Shown piece after piece: positions 62,626 to 64,000 of a stretch of DNA of 64,000 nt. The notes under the pieces are model-generated. The model had not been told where the DNA came from. It saw nothing but the letters and a program-made list of their open reading frames with translations, and searched no databases. Source of the DNA: Chrysomallon squamiferum (lineage: Eukaryota > Animalia > Mollusca). Numbering within the stretch: position 1 is the stretch's first letter; each line of letters begins with the position of its first letter. The stretch lies in assembly GCA_012295275.1 (NCBI GenBank), contig CM022677.1, positions 5,642,001 through 5,706,000 on the forward strand, written 5' to 3'. The translations under genes and the position numbers were made by a program.

Positions 62626-63954
62626 CTGAAAAAGCAAAATAAAAAAAACAAAAAATTAATTTTAGATTGCCTTTATTAATAACATTATTTACTATTATAT
62701 ATATATATCAATGCCATTTGCAGATACAAATGAATATGTGTTGATAAAAATATATTTAAGCTATTTTATTTCAAATGTGCATGCACATATTTCTACTGCT
62801 CGTACTTTACGTTATCAATTCATTTTTTTTTTTTTTTCTTTCTTAATTGCATCCTAACTGGCCTGGTCCGCGTTGATCCAAATCTTTAAATCTGTGTTAG
62901 AGGAAATATGAATCATCCCAAAATTATTTTATGCTACAATTCTGGTTTTTTGAAAGTCCTGTAAATCATAGTCTTTTACAGATTCCTATATATTTATCTA
63001 CTACAACTGAAGTTTAAAAAAAATCTTCGACTAGCCGGATATAATGTTTTTGTGCGTAAGAGTTATTTCCCCTTGCCACTTATTTACATTGATTTCGTCC
63101 CTGGACCAAGAGCATCCGACCCAAAGAAAGTGTTTGTGAAATAATATTATCCACCTTAAACAAGTAACAATATCTGTGATTATTTTAAAGAATTCATTGA
63201 TAGAAAAAGTATTTCTATACTTTATTTCAAATCGTTTCTAAAAATTAAAAAGAAAAAAGTAATTTGTTAGTGAACAAAACTGGACATGATTATAAAACTT
63301 AAAATTACATTCAAAGACCCTAACTTCTGAAAAAAAAAATTATAGTAATCAGTCACATAGATTTTTTTTTTTTATGTTACCCATTACAGTTTAAACTGAT
63401 CTGCCTGTCTAAGTTACTTGATAAATGAAAGCTATGGATGTACTAGGAAAGCTTACTCATTGAACAACTGTATCATTCAGAACCACGTAGGTAGCAATAT
63501 TTTTACTTTTCTTTTTTACTTAACCATGATGTTATTTCTTGTGACAAACCACTATTATTTTAGTAATACGACTATTAATTAGATTATGTTTCTGGTAATC
63601 TGTCAAAATCTAGTCTTCACTTTTGTAATATAATGATTATTTCGTATAATAAAGCCTAACGGGTAATTCTAGAGCAACTTAGGCAACCTGTAACTATTGT
63701 TTTATCAAAACATGTACAAGTTTTAATCCTGTATTACAAGGTCTACTGAAAGAGCAGTTAAGATAGCCAGTGTATGAAGAGAGATACAATCCCAGTCTTG
63801 ATTAAATTCGTCTGTCAGTGTTTAACTGGAGTGTGTGTGATTTAATATTAATTTAATGAAATTACATACTGAGTAATGAAATTAATTTTGATTTAACATG
63901 TCATTGACTGGTTCAGGTACATATAATATTGTTCTCGGGGATTTATTTGTTTGC

Positions 63955-64000
<46 letters not shown>
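63955..64000. repeat. (CT)n microsatellite at the window edge
   Basis: Direct inspection. Confidence 0.9.

Overview
AT-rich, microsatellite-dense animal genomic DNA with GT-AG introns; the EGFR sequence looks lophotrochozoan/mollusc-like, which is an inference. There is a 200-N scaffold gap at 31290-31489. The only near-intact gene is the 3' half of a divergent EGFR/ErbB receptor tyrosine kinase (+ strand, 12 exons from the TM exon to the stop, with a probable +1 frameshift in the tail). The rest reads as a dense graveyard of intron-containing, decayed copies of conserved genes, identified by translating spliced exons by hand and comparing them with remembered family motifs: type IV collagen (+), CAMSAP/Patronin (two - strand copies and a small + remnant), cytoplasmic methionyl-tRNA synthetase (+), DHX8/Prp22 (two inverted copies) and one unidentified multi-exon gene (-). 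MULE and pogo/Tigger transposase remnants are also present. Many minisatellites appear to have been amplified from exon ends, splice donors or exon interiors of these genes. Most ORFs in the supplied track are low-complexity artefacts. No database searches were run.
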